Source: Ignavibacteriales bacterium (GTDB taxonomy: Bacteria; Bacteroidota; Ignavibacteria; Ignavibacteriales; Ignavibacteriaceae). From it: a stretch of 64,000 bases of DNA. Each line of letters opens with the position of its first letter. Within the stretch, counting starts at the first letter, position 1. A model generated the notes under the pieces. It saw only the letters and a program-made list of their open reading frames with translations, was not told the DNA's origin and did no database searches. The DNA is taken from the NCBI GenBank assembly GCA_045863035.1, contig BTUV01000005.1, positions 47,899 through 111,898 of the forward strand. Direction: 5' to 3'. The position numbers and the translations under genes are program-made. Shown piece by piece: positions 7,164 to 16,848 of the stretch.

Positions 7164-9569
7164 ATGGTAATATCACTTAACTGGCTGAAAGAATATATAT
7201 CACTCGAAGGCATAAGCGCGGAGGAAATTTCTGAAAAGCTGACAAACGCCGGACTTGAAGTTGAAAAAATGACTGACCAGCGTGCAATGTATCAGGGTTT
7301 TGTAGCTGCTCATGTTCGTGAATGTGTCAAACATCCTAACGCTGATAAACTTTCATTATGTAGAGTGTGGGATGGCAAAAATGAGCTGAGCATTGTCTGC
7401 GGTGCGCCAAATGTATCCGCCGGGCAGAATGTTGTTCTTGCAACCATCGGAACGCAAATACCCGGTAAAGATTTTGTGATTAAAAAATCCAAAATAAGAG
7501 GCGCTGAGTCTGAAGGAATGCTTTGTTCTGAATCAGAACTCGCGATCAGCGAAAACCACGAAGGGATTATGGTGCTGGGTGAGTCTGTTGCACCGGGTGC
7601 TGATATATCAGATGTACTCGGACTTAATGATGTGGTTTTTGAAATTGGTATAACTCCGAACCGTCCCGATGCACTTTCGCATCTTGGGGTTGCGCGTGAC
7701 CTTTCCGCGATTTTCGGCAGGGAAGTAAAGAAACCATCACTGAAAAATCCTCCTGTAACAGGGGATATACATCATTTTGCTTACGTGAAGGTTTTAAATG
7801 CTGAAGGATGCCCCAGATATACAGCCAAAGTTATAAAAAATGTAACGATTGGACCTTCACCTGATTGGCTGAAAAACAAGATTACTTCAATCGGGCTCAG
7901 GTCAATAAACAATGTTGTTGACGTGACGAACTTCATCCTGCATGAACTTGGTCAGCCGCTTCACGCATTTGATTTGGACACTCTCTCCGAAAACGAAATT
8001 ATAGTTGATAAGGCCTGGAGTTTAAAAGAGTTCACCACGCTCGACTCAAATAAGCGGCAGATGAATCCGGATATTCTCATGATTAATGACGGAGAAAAAG
8101 GAGTAGCAATAGCGGGAATTATGGGGGGAGAGAATTCAGAAGTTACCGGAAAAACAAAAAACATCCTCTTAGAGAGCGCTTATTTTAATCCTTCAGTTAT
8201 CCGTAAGGGTGCTAAGTTTTTGCAGATGAGTTCTGATGCATCATACCGCTTTGAAAGAGGAACTGACCCTGAGATGACAGTCTTTGCCGCGGATCGGGCT
8301 GCTGAGCTTATTGCTGAAGTTGCCGGCGGCGAACTGATTGCAGGAACCATTGATATATATCCTAATAAGATTGAGAAAAAGAAAACGGAACTCCGGTTCA
8401 GCAGAATAGAGAGAATACTTGGCTTTCACATCCCAAAGGAAAAAGTTGTCAGTATTCTCAAATCACTTGAATTTGGAATCACCGGCGAATTAGAAGAAAA
8501 ACTGATTTTGGAAATACCTTCTTTCCGCCCTGATATCGAACGTGAAATAGATGTGATTGAAGAAGTGGTCAGAGTATTTGGTTATGAAAACATTCCCGAT
8601 AATCTGGTTGTCAGTTATCCTGTTCATGACCGCGTTGACCAAACCGAATTCGATGATCAGTTAAAAACTGCTTTGACGGGGCTGGGCTACTATGAGGCAA
8701 TTTCACTGCCGATGATATCCGAGTGGGAAAGCGCCCTTTTTGGCAGTCCGGTAAAGGTGAAAAATCCCCTGACGGTTGAAATGGAATATCTGCGCACCTC
8801 ACTTATTCCTGGGATGCTGCAGAATATCCGGCGGAATATCCACGCCGGCGAGAAGAGTGTAAGATTGTTTGAAATTGGCAATGTGATGCTTAGAACCGGA
8901 GCGGGGGAAATATCCTGGAAGAACCTCCATGAGGAGACCCGGTGCGTAATGGTGATTTCAGGGGAGGCAGAAACCAAGGAATGGTTTAGGAATGACAGAA
9001 AATATGACATTTTTGACCTGAAAGGGGATTTGGAGTCACTCGCCGTCAAGTTTTCTATTGATTCTTTCACGATTGATTCCTATTATTCAACTGAGAATAA
9101 TATCTTTGGCAGTATCGTTCAGTTAAAGAGCCAAGGGCAGGCGATAATTACCGGCGGTGTTGTCAAAAGGGATATTCTAAAAAGGTTTGATATTGATCAG
9201 CCGGTGTTCTGTGCGGAGTTGATAATCCGCAAGTTTGCTGATTCAGTTAAGAAACCGGAAGGATTCAGGCATCTGCCGAAGTTTCCGAAAGTTTTCCGGG
9301 ATTTCGCCTTTATACTTGATTCTACTGTTCAGTTCAACGAACTGGTCGATTTTGTAGAGAAGAATAAAACACCGCTTCTTGCTTCTTTCAGATTGTTTGA
9401 TGTTTACGAACACAAGACTCTGGGAGAAGGAAAAAAGAGCATGGCATTTTCGTTGGAGTTTTATGATGAGAATGCGACTCTGACGGATGAAAAAGTTGAT
9501 AAAGAATTTAACTCACTAATTCAGAAAATTTCAAAGAAATTTAATGCTCAGTTGAGGGGCAGTAATTGA
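7164..9569 (+). CDS. pheT: Phenylalanine--tRNA ligase beta subunit
   Basis: 801 aa. N-terminus MVISLNWLKEYI with a tRNA-binding OB domain, B3/4 and B5 regions, and a C-terminal FDX-ACB-like domain. Confidence 0.97.
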   Translation: MVISLNWLKEYISLEGISAEEISEKLTNAGLEVEKMTDQRAMYQGFVAAHVRECVKHPNADKLSLCRVWDGKNELSIVCGAPNVSAGQNVVLATIGTQIPGKDFVIKKSKIRGAESEGMLCSESELAISENHEGIMVLGESVAPGADISDVLGLNDVVFEIGITPNRPDALSHLGVARDLSAIFGREVKKPSLKNPPVTGDIHHFAYVKVLNAEGCPRYTAKVIKNVTIGPSPDWLKNKITSIGLRSINNVVDVTNFILHELGQPLHAFDLDTLSENEIIVDKAWSLKEFTTLDSNKRQMNPDILMINDGEKGVAIAGIMGGENSEVTGKTKNILLESAYFNPSVIRKGAKFLQMSSDASYRFERGTDPEMTVFAADRAAELIAEVAGGELIAGTIDIYPNKIEKKKTELRFSRIERILGFHIPKEKVVSILKSLEFGITGELEEKLILEIPSFRPDIEREIDVIEEVVRVFGYENIPDNLVVSYPVHDRVDQTEFDDQLKTALTGLGYYEAISLPMISEWESALFGSPVKVKNPLTVEMEYLRTSLIPGMLQNIRRNIHAGEKSVRLFEIGNVMLRTGAGEISWKNLHEETRCVMVISGEAETKEWFRNDRKYDIFDLKGDLESLAVKFSIDSFTIDSYYSTENNIFGSIVQLKSQGQAIITGGVVKRDILKRFDIDQPVFCAELIIRKFADSVKKPEGFRHLPKFPKVFRDFAFILDSTVQFNELVDFVEKNKTPLLASFRLFDVYEHKTLGEGKKSMAFSLEFYDENATLTDEKVDKEFNSLIQKISKKFNAQLRGSN

Positions 9570-9886
9570 CAGATTATAACCGTTTTGATTCATTATTAAG
9601 TGAACTTGATTCACTGCAGAGTCAGATAGAGAGATTTCTCGATACGCAGGGTCGTGCTTCAGCTGAAAAAGCCGAACTTGAGCGGAAACTTGCTGAGCAG
9701 AAAAAAGAAAATGAATTTCTGAAATTTCAGATTGAAGTAAATCAAAAAGAGCTTGAAACACTCAGAACACGGGTATTACAAAACCCCGGTATGAGTGACA
9801 CAGAAAAAGAAGAGCTAAGAGGAAGGATTGCTGAGGCAATCACTATTATAAACAACCGTTTAGCCGACGGAACAAAAGGCGAATAA
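9566..9886 (+). CDS. Coiled-coil protein, ZapB-like (cell division associated)
   Basis: 106 aa with a heptad-rich E/K/L/Q composition. The TTG start overlaps the pheT stop (TTGA). It lies immediately upstream of zapA. Confidence 0.4.
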   Translation: MTDYNRFDSLLSELDSLQSQIERFLDTQGRASAEKAELERKLAEQKKENEFLKFQIEVNQKELETLRTRVLQNPGMSDTEKEELRGRIAEAITIINNRLADGTKGE

Positions 9887-9903
9887 ATACGGATAAATGA
9901 ATC

Positions 9904-10197
9904 GTGTCTGAAAAGAAGAAACTTAAAGTCAAGATCTTCGATAAAGAATATTCTCTCCTTGTTGATGACGAGGAGTTGGCAAAGGAACTGGCTGAATACG
10001 TGAGTCGTGTAATTGAGGAAACCCGGCAAGAGCTTCCGGATCATCCTGCTCAGACAGTTGCAATAATTGCATCATTAAATATTGCCTATGACTTTTTCCT
10101 TGAAAAAAATAAGAGTAAGGAATACCTGATACAGGCCTCTGATAAGGTAAAACGAATAAAGTTTCTCCTCTCCCAGCCAGATTTATACAATCCATAA
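9904..10197 (+). CDS. zapA: Cell division protein ZapA
   Basis: 97 aa, KVKIFDKEYSLLVDDEE...AQTVAIIASLNIAYDF. This matches the ZapA pattern (single beta-rich head plus helix). Confidence 0.75.
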   Translation: MSEKKKLKVKIFDKEYSLLVDDEELAKELAEYVSRVIEETRQELPDHPAQTVAIIASLNIAYDFFLEKNKSKEYLIQASDKVKRIKFLLSQPDLYNP

Positions 10198-10205
10198 GAG
10201 CATTG

Positions 10206-10413
10206 CGCCTCGCCGGTCGTGAAAAAACAAAAAGAACTAACTTTGTTCACAACGGGTTGCTGGCTCACGACGCTGAATACAGGCCTTAATCCGGCTTGCC
10301 GGATCCGCCCTGCAAAGGGTAACATTGGAAGTACGATGCTTCGGGCAGTTTCCCTCACTATCTGACCACGGGTTCTTTCCCTGTTAGAATAGTGACCGGC
10401 GCGGCGTTTTTTT
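10206..10413 (+). ncRNA. Structured roughly 200-nt RNA candidate, 6S RNA-like (ssrS), or alternatively an rny leader
   Basis: The 237-nt gap between zapA and rny has no credible ORF. A long-range closing helix pairs CGCCTCGCCGGTC (10206-10218) with GACCGGCGCGGCG (10394-10406), 12 of 13 positions. It is extended by AACAAAAGAAC (10227-10237) pairing with GTTCTTTCCCTGTT (10372-10385). An internal hairpin ATCCGG-CTTG-CCGGAT lies at 10289-10304, and a T7 run at 10407-10413. The zapA-ssrS linkage is known from E. coli. Confidence 0.5.
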
Positions 10414-10434
10414 ATCGGAACTACCGGAGATTGT

Positions 10435-12060
10435 ATGGAATTGCTTGACCTGACATATATATTGCTTCTGCTGGTGCTGGCTTTCTGGCTCGGCTGGAAA
10501 TTGAACTCGCGACTAGGTAAAAGAAGTATTGCCGCCGGTGAACTGCGTGCTGCTGAAATTATCGACTCTGCTAAACGGGAAAGTGAAAAGCTCCTGAATG
10601 ACGGCAACAAAGAATATGAAAAACTTCTTGCTGATGCTGAAAAAGAATCTCAAAACATCAAACGTGAAAAACTTCTTGAAGTAAAAGACGAATGGTACAA
10701 AAAGAAAATTGAGTACGACACTGAGGTAAATCAAAAGCGGCAGAAGCTGCAAAATCTTGAAAAACAGATTCAGCAGCGCGAAGAGACGATTGACAAAAAG
10801 CTGGATACGGTTTCTTCGAAAGAACGTGAAAATAAAGACGCAGAAAAAAATCTTTTTGAACTGAAAAGAAATCTTGAGCTCCGCGCAAAAGAGCTCGACC
10901 GGATCGAAAAAGAACAGAATGAAAAGCTGGAGAAGATTTCCGGGCTTACTGCCGAGGAAGCTAAAGCAATTCTCATTGATAATATGACTCAGGAAGCCAG
11001 AGGGGAAGTAAACAAGGCGGTGAAGGGTATATATGAAAAATCGAAACTCGAAATCAAGAAAGAATCACAAAAAGTAATAATTCAGGCGATACAGCGCACG
11101 GCTGCTGAAGTTTCAGTTGAGTCCACCGTATCGGTTATCCAGATTCACAATGATGAGCTAAAGGGGAGAATTATCGGAAAAGAGGGAAGAAATATCCGGG
11201 CGTTTGAAGCTGCTACCGGAGTTGATGTTATAGTTGATGATACCCCGGAAGCAGTAATTCTTTCTTCCTACGACCAGTTTCGCCGCGAAGTAGCCCGCCT
11301 TTCTCTTGAGCGCCTTATGGCAGACGGCAGAATTCATCCCGCACGTATAGAAGAAGTGGTTGCCAAAGTTGAACATGACCTTGAAGAAGAGATGTTTAAA
11401 GAGGGGGAAAATGTGGTTTTGCAATTAGGTATCCACGGGCTGCATAATGAACTTATTAAACTTATCGGCAGGATGAAATATCGCTCAAGCTATGGTCAGA
11501 ATCTGTTGCAGCACAGTGTAGAAGTAGCTTATCTCACCGGAATCATGGCAGCCGAAATCGGGCTTGATGCAAACATGGCAAAAAGGGCAGGGCTGTTGCA
11601 TGATATAGGAAAGACAATGGACCGCATCATGGATGGTCCGCACGCGCTTATCGGAATGGAAATTACCAAGAAATACCGGGAGCATCCGATTATTGTTAAC
11701 GCAGTGGGAAGCCATCACGAGGACATTGAAATGGAGCACCCGATTGCGCCGCTGGTTCAGGCGGCTGATGCAATTTCAGGAGCAAGACCCGGCGCCAGAC
11801 GCGAACCGATTGAAGGTTACGTCAAGCGTCTTGAAACCCTCGAAGCAATCGCGAGCTCATTTGAAGGAGTGGCTAAAACGTATGCCATTCAGGCAGGTCG
11901 TGAGGTGCGCGTTGTGGTTGAACATGATAAAGTTGATGATATAGTGGCTGATAAACTCGCGTATGATATAGCGCGAAAGATTGAAGATGAAATGCAGTTC
12001 CCGGGTCAAATTAAGATTACAGTTATCAGGGAAGTGCGCAAAGTACACTACGCAAAATGA
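10435..12060 (+). CDS. rny: Ribonuclease Y
   Basis: 541 aa. N-terminal TM helix, a long coiled coil, a KH domain (GRIIGKEGRNIRAFE) and an HD domain (LLHDIGK...GSHH). Confidence 0.95.
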   Translation: MELLDLTYILLLLVLAFWLGWKLNSRLGKRSIAAGELRAAEIIDSAKRESEKLLNDGNKEYEKLLADAEKESQNIKREKLLEVKDEWYKKKIEYDTEVNQKRQKLQNLEKQIQQREETIDKKLDTVSSKERENKDAEKNLFELKRNLELRAKELDRIEKEQNEKLEKISGLTAEEAKAILIDNMTQEARGEVNKAVKGIYEKSKLEIKKESQKVIIQAIQRTAAEVSVESTVSVIQIHNDELKGRIIGKEGRNIRAFEAATGVDVIVDDTPEAVILSSYDQFRREVARLSLERLMADGRIHPARIEEVVAKVEHDLEEEMFKEGENVVLQLGIHGLHNELIKLIGRMKYRSSYGQNLLQHSVEVAYLTGIMAAEIGLDANMAKRAGLLHDIGKTMDRIMDGPHALIGMEITKKYREHPIIVNAVGSHHEDIEMEHPIAPLVQAADAISGARPGARREPIEGYVKRLETLEAIASSFEGVAKTYAIQAGREVRVVVEHDKVDDIVADKLAYDIARKIEDEMQFPGQIKITVIREVRKVHYAK

Positions 12061-12659
12061 GCAGACCCGCAAAAATTGCCGTTACCGGGGGGATTGGTTC
12101 CGGTAAATCTCTTTTTTGCAAATATCTGACCGAACTCGGTGAAACGGTACTTTTTGCTGATGTTATCGCAAAAAAACTTATGGCAGAGGATATATCAATC
12201 CGTGAAAGAATAATTTCGCTGCTCGGTGAAGCTGCCTATCTTAATGACAAACCGAATAATCCGTATATCGCTTCAAAAGTATTTAACTCACCCGAACTGC
12301 TTGCCGGGCTGAATGGCATTGTACATCCTGCCGTAGGCGCTGAGACTAAAGTTCTCATGGATGAGGTGCTACAAGAAAAACCAAGGGTATTTTATGAGGC
12401 CGCTTTGATTTTTGAAGCACGGCTGCAAAAGTATTTTGATATAGTTGTTCTCATTACCGCCCCTGATGAACTTCGTATAAAGCGGGCAATGGAACGGGAC
12501 AACATTACCCGCGAAAAAGTTGAGGAGCGGATGAAAAACCAGATGAATGAAATAACCAAATCAAAACTCGCAGATATTATCATTATGAACGATTCCGGCA
12601 CTGAAGAGTTATACAGCAAAGCGCTAAATCTACTGAAAGAGCTAAGCAGTGTCAAGTAA
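12057..12659 (+). CDS. coaE: Dephospho-CoA kinase
   Basis: 200 aa with the P-loop VTGGIGSGKS. ATGA overlap with the rny stop. Confidence 0.9.
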   Translation: MSRPAKIAVTGGIGSGKSLFCKYLTELGETVLFADVIAKKLMAEDISIRERIISLLGEAAYLNDKPNNPYIASKVFNSPELLAGLNGIVHPAVGAETKVLMDEVLQEKPRVFYEAALIFEARLQKYFDIVVLITAPDELRIKRAMERDNITREKVEERMKNQMNEITKSKLADIIIMNDSGTEELYSKALNLLKELSSVK

Positions 12660-13473
12660 AATACCTGTTATCTCCATCCAGGGGGAACCTGAGTCATACA
12701 GTTATAAAACTGTTGTAAAAAGGTTTGGCAAGTCTTTTGTCCTTCGTTACCGGAGAACTTTCCGCGAAACGTTTAACGATGTAAAAAACGGAGAATCTGA
12801 TTATGCCCTCCTCCCGTTTATCAATTTTATTACGAATGAAATTCCAGAAAACTATACTCTTCTGGATGAGTTTCAATTATCCATTCATGAAGCAATTACC
12901 ACCAAACTTGATCACGCCCTGCTTGGTAAACCCGGTCTCACCCCTGAAACAGTGAAGTATATATATTCACACCAGCAGGCGCTGGCTCAGTGCTCTGAAT
13001 TTTTAGGGTTGGAGCAGTTCAAAGAGGTACTGGTAAAAGAAGTACATGATACCGCAGGGGCAAAGCTGTATCTTGAGCAGAATCCGGAGTTTTCCGGTAT
13101 TATTGCTTCAAAATCCTCCGCAAAAGCTTTGGGACTTGAGGTAATTGCCCATCCTATACAGAATGATAAAAGGAATAAAACGACATTTTTTCTGCTTTCC
13201 CAAAAACCGCTCAAACCTGCTGAGGAAGATAGATTTGCGGTATTTGGGATTAAAACGCCGGTTGAGGGTGATGCGCTCATGATGTTTGCGGTGAAAGATA
13301 AGTCGGTCACGGTCGTTCGGATTTATCCGGAAGAACTGCCGTATCATGTTGCCAAAACCTATTTTCTGGTGAAATTCATAGGGGATTTGGCAGACAGGAA
13401 GGGACTATATGCCCTGATGAAACGGGAAAAACTCTTTACCTATATGAGCGGTCTTTTCGGCGGTTCCCTTTAA
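12649..13473 (+). CDS. pheA: Prephenate dehydratase (PDT domain with divergent C-terminal regulatory domain)
   Basis: 274 aa with a GTG start. IQGEPESYSY..., LPFINFITNEI..., YSHQQALAQCSEFL match conserved PDT blocks. The C-terminal ACT-like part is divergent. Confidence 0.72.
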   Translation: MSSKIPVISIQGEPESYSYKTVVKRFGKSFVLRYRRTFRETFNDVKNGESDYALLPFINFITNEIPENYTLLDEFQLSIHEAITTKLDHALLGKPGLTPETVKYIYSHQQALAQCSEFLGLEQFKEVLVKEVHDTAGAKLYLEQNPEFSGIIASKSSAKALGLEVIAHPIQNDKRNKTTFFLLSQKPLKPAEEDRFAVFGIKTPVEGDALMMFAVKDKSVTVVRIYPEELPYHVAKTYFLVKFIGDLADRKGLYALMKREKLFTYMSGLFGGSL

Positions 13474-13527
13474 TCTTGGTTAATAACTCCGGCAGTAATA
13501 ATTTTGAATAGCTAATTAGGAGTATTT

Positions 13528-14427
13528 GTGAGCTTACTTAATAATATCATAGTATCTGTAGTTCAACTGATGCCTAAACCGGTAGTCAGATTTTTTTCAA
13601 ACCGCTATATTGCCGGAGACCTTCTCACTGACGCTGTCCGGTTGACAAGAGAACTAAACAAAAAGGGAATCTACTCAACCATTGATGTGCTGGGTGAAGC
13701 CATTACCACCAAAGAAGAAGCAATAAACGCACACAGGCAGTGTCTTGAGGTTTTAGAATCGATTCACAGAGAAAAGCTGATGTCCAATCTTTCTATTAAA
13801 CCGACACAGATGGCGCTACAGATCGATTTTGATTTTTGCGTGAAGCAGGTCCGGGAGCTTTGCACCAAAGCAAAAGAATATGGAACTTTCGTCCGGCTGG
13901 ATATGGAAGATGCAACCACAACCGATGACATTCTCCGGCTGCATAGAATTCTCAGAAGTGAGTTCGATAATGTTGGTGTTGTTATACAGGCCTACCTCCG
14001 CCGTACGGTGAAGGATATTCTGGAGCAGAAAGATGTTGCGCTGAATTACCGGCTCTGCAAAGGTATTTATATTGAAGCAGAAGAAATTGCGTTTAAGGGG
14101 AGAGGAGAGATTCAGGAAAACTATCTTTTATCACTTCGCAAAATGTTTGAGGCCGGCGCTTATGTCGGTATTGCAACACACGATATTTACCTGATTGAAG
14201 GCGCCAAGAAAATTATTAAAGAAATGAATATAGACTCCGCCCGTTATGAGTTCCAGATGCTGCTCGGTGTGAAAGAAGATTTGCGCGATAAGCTGAATGC
14301 TGAAGGGTTTAAAGTTAGAATCTATGTGCCTTTCGGAAAAGACTGGTATAAGTACTCAATAAGACGCCTGAAAGAAAACCCGCAGGTTGCCGGTCATATA
14401 GTAAAGAACATCTTTTCACTGAACTAA
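13528..14427 (+). CDS. Proline dehydrogenase family protein
   Basis: 299 aa with a TIM-barrel PRODH pattern (VRLDMEDA, RLCKGIY, GIATHD, YVPFG..WY.Y..RRLKENP). Confidence 0.8.
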   Translation: MSLLNNIIVSVVQLMPKPVVRFFSNRYIAGDLLTDAVRLTRELNKKGIYSTIDVLGEAITTKEEAINAHRQCLEVLESIHREKLMSNLSIKPTQMALQIDFDFCVKQVRELCTKAKEYGTFVRLDMEDATTTDDILRLHRILRSEFDNVGVVIQAYLRRTVKDILEQKDVALNYRLCKGIYIEAEEIAFKGRGEIQENYLLSLRKMFEAGAYVGIATHDIYLIEGAKKIIKEMNIDSARYEFQMLLGVKEDLRDKLNAEGFKVRIYVPFGKDWYKYSIRRLKENPQVAGHIVKNIFSLN

Positions 14428-15458
14428 TGGTCATTCTCGGTATTGAGACATCCTGCGATGAAACATCTGCTGCGGTTCTGACCGACGGAAAGGTTACGGC
14501 TAATCTGATCTATACTCAGCAGATGCACTCAGATTATGGCGGAGTGATACCGGAACTTTCCAGCAGAGCACACCTGCTGAAAATAGCACCGTTGGTGCGT
14601 AGTGCACTTAACAAGGCAGAAATTGATTTGCGTGATGTAGATGTAATTGCAGCGACAGCCGGACCCGGTCTGATCGGTTCACTCATTGTGGGATATACAT
14701 TCGCGCAGGGGCTTGCCCTCAGCCAAAACAAAAAATTTGTACCGGTCAATCATATTGAAGGGCATATATACTCCGGCTTTCTAATGAACCCCGCGCCTGA
14801 ATTCCCCGCGCTCATTTTAGTTGTTTCAGGCGGTCATACACTCCTTTTAAGTGTAAGAAGCCACTCTTCATACCAGATTCTGGGAACAACCATTGATGAT
14901 GCGGCAGGTGAAGCATTTGATAAAGTTGCAAAGCTCATGGGGCTGGGATATCCGGGCGGACCCGCAATTCAGAAATCTGGTGAAAAAGCCATAAGAAAGG
15001 ATATCACTTTTCCTATTGCTGAGGTAAAGGGGGAATATAATTTTTCATACAGCGGCTTAAAAACAAGCGTCTTGCGATATATACAGAAACATTTTCCCGA
15101 AGGTGTGGTTCCCGCCGAAGAACAATCTGAAATTGCATACGGATTTCAGGAGTCGGCTATCGGCGCGCTTATTGCAAAAACTAAAATTGCACTGAAAAGT
15201 GGTTCCTATAAATCCCTTTCGGTTGCGGGGGGTGTTGCAGCTAATGCACGGCTCCGGGAGCGGCTCACTGAACTTTCAGAAAAATATAAAGTGCCGTTTG
15301 TTGTTCCTGCATTTGAGTATTGCACTGATAACGGCGCAATGATTGCAGCCCGCGCCGCCGCTCTGATTGGAGCAGGTGTTCAGGATTTTGGAATCCGGGA
15401 GCCATTTCCTTCATTCAAATCAGTATTTGCTGATGCGCCACTGAGCAAGCGGAGTTAG
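14427..15458 (+). CDS. tsaD: tRNA N6-threonylcarbamoyladenosine synthesis protein TsaD
   Basis: 343 aa, ILGIETSCDETSAAV, HIEGHI, GGVAAN. Confidence 0.95.
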   Translation: MVILGIETSCDETSAAVLTDGKVTANLIYTQQMHSDYGGVIPELSSRAHLLKIAPLVRSALNKAEIDLRDVDVIAATAGPGLIGSLIVGYTFAQGLALSQNKKFVPVNHIEGHIYSGFLMNPAPEFPALILVVSGGHTLLLSVRSHSSYQILGTTIDDAAGEAFDKVAKLMGLGYPGGPAIQKSGEKAIRKDITFPIAEVKGEYNFSYSGLKTSVLRYIQKHFPEGVVPAEEQSEIAYGFQESAIGALIAKTKIALKSGSYKSLSVAGGVAANARLRERLTELSEKYKVPFVVPAFEYCTDNGAMIAARAAALIGAGVQDFGIREPFPSFKSVFADAPLSKRS

Positions 15459-15459
15459 A

Positions 15460-16848
15460 TTGAAAGGGAAAAACAGCTTTGATGATATGAATCCGGAGGA
15501 ACGGGGGAAAATTCTTGATGCTCTCAGGAATGAAGTTGATGAACTTGATAAACAATTAGTTGAACTGATCCGGAAACGGACTATCAGAAGTATTCTCATT
15601 GGCAGAATCAAACGTTCACTCAATCAGCCAACCTATTCACCTGAGCGAGAAAAGGATATTAATAAAAAAATCAGCAACTATCTAAAAGAGCCGCTCAGAT
15701 TAGATGCACTCTGGCGGATATATGAGCGAATTCTTGATCAGTCACGTGCCGTTCAGCGTGAAGAAGCTGAAAAAGGTGAAATATACGATGTCCCGGTTCC
15801 AAAACTCTCAGGTGAAAAAAAGAAGCTGCTTCCTCAAAAAGACTGGAAAGTGATCGGAATAGTTTTCGCGGTAATTTTTCTGGTACTGACATATATATTC
15901 TTTAGTTCAAATACGCCATCAGCAAAGATTCCGGTAAAAATTGAGATTAAGCCGGGGATGACCGCAGACCAGGTGGTAACAGTGCTTGATGAGGCGGGGC
16001 TTTTGCCGACTCCATCTCTGATGAAATTATCACTTTTGCTTAGCGGCAATACCAAGAGAATTGTATCAGCCCGTTATACCATATCGGAGCCGATGAGTTA
16101 TATGGGGCTGGCTTCATTTCTTGCTTCCGGAGAAGGCAATCATATAACGCGCGTTGATCTCTATGATGGCATCTCAAATGCAGGAATTGCATCTGTGCTT
16201 GAGGGGGAGAAGGTTGCCGGGAAAGATTCACTCCTAAACGCAATGAATAACGGGGCATTTGCAAAGAAGAAGACTGGAAAATTTGAAAGTTTTCGCGGAT
16301 TTCTTCTTCCGGGGACGTACTACTTTTACAGAAAAAGCACAGTCGAAGAAATTATTGATTCACTTTTTAACGGCTGGCAAAGTGCAATTACTGATGAGAT
16401 GAAGCAAAGTGCAGCACGACAGAAGAGGAGCGTGCACGAGCTTACGATACTTGCATCTATTATTGAAGGGGAAACAAATTATAAACCTGAGATGAAACGG
16501 ATTTCAGGTGTGTATCATAACCGCTTAAAAATACGGATGCCTCTTCAGGCAGACCCCACTATTCAGTTTATTGCTCCGCCGGGCACCCAACGCATAACCG
16601 GAAAAGAGCTTCGAATTAAATCCCCTTACAATACTTATCTTAATACCGGGCTACCACCTGGACCAATTAACAATCCAGGACTTGCAGCACTCGATGCTGC
16701 ATTTTTCCCGGAAGCTCATTCTTATCTGTACTTTGTTGTTGACCCGGAGTCGGGGAGACATGTTTTCACTCGTTCTTATGCTGAGCACCAAAAAGCAGCC
16801 AAAAAATACCATAATTGGATAAAGCGAAACAGAAATGAAACTAAATAG
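15460..16848 (+). CDS. mltG: Fusion protein: AroQ-type chorismate mutase domain + TM helix + MltG/YceG endolytic transglycosylase
   Basis: 462 aa with a TTG start (alternative ATG at 15487). The N-terminal roughly 100 aa align by eye with E. coli CM (LRNEVDELDKQLVELIRKRT...IGRIKRS...PEREKDI...DQSRAVQ). A TM segment WKVIGIVFAVIFLVLTYIFF follows. The YceG core carries LASIIEGET and ends in PGPINNPG. Confidence 0.8.
   Translation: MKGKNSFDDMNPEERGKILDALRNEVDELDKQLVELIRKRTIRSILIGRIKRSLNQPTYSPEREKDINKKISNYLKEPLRLDALWRIYERILDQSRAVQREEAEKGEIYDVPVPKLSGEKKKLLPQKDWKVIGIVFAVIFLVLTYIFFSSNTPSAKIPVKIEIKPGMTADQVVTVLDEAGLLPTPSLMKLSLLLSGNTKRIVSARYTISEPMSYMGLASFLASGEGNHITRVDLYDGISNAGIASVLEGEKVAGKDSLLNAMNNGAFAKKKTGKFESFRGFLLPGTYYFYRKSTVEEIIDSLFNGWQSAITDEMKQSAARQKRSVHELTILASIIEGETNYKPEMKRISGVYHNRLKIRMPLQADPTIQFIAPPGTQRITGKELRIKSPYNTYLNTGLPPGPINNPGLAALDAAFFPEAHSYLYFVVDPESGRHVFTRSYAEHQKAAKKYHNWIKRNRNETK

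Noticed and set aside
10086-10610. 174-aa minus-strand ORF spanning the zapA 3' end, the intergenic RNA candidate and the rny 5' end
   Set aside because: It is antisense to two well-supported genes, has low-complexity S/R-rich content and no recognisable motif. The open frame is better explained by the structured non-coding region and by shadowing of real genes.
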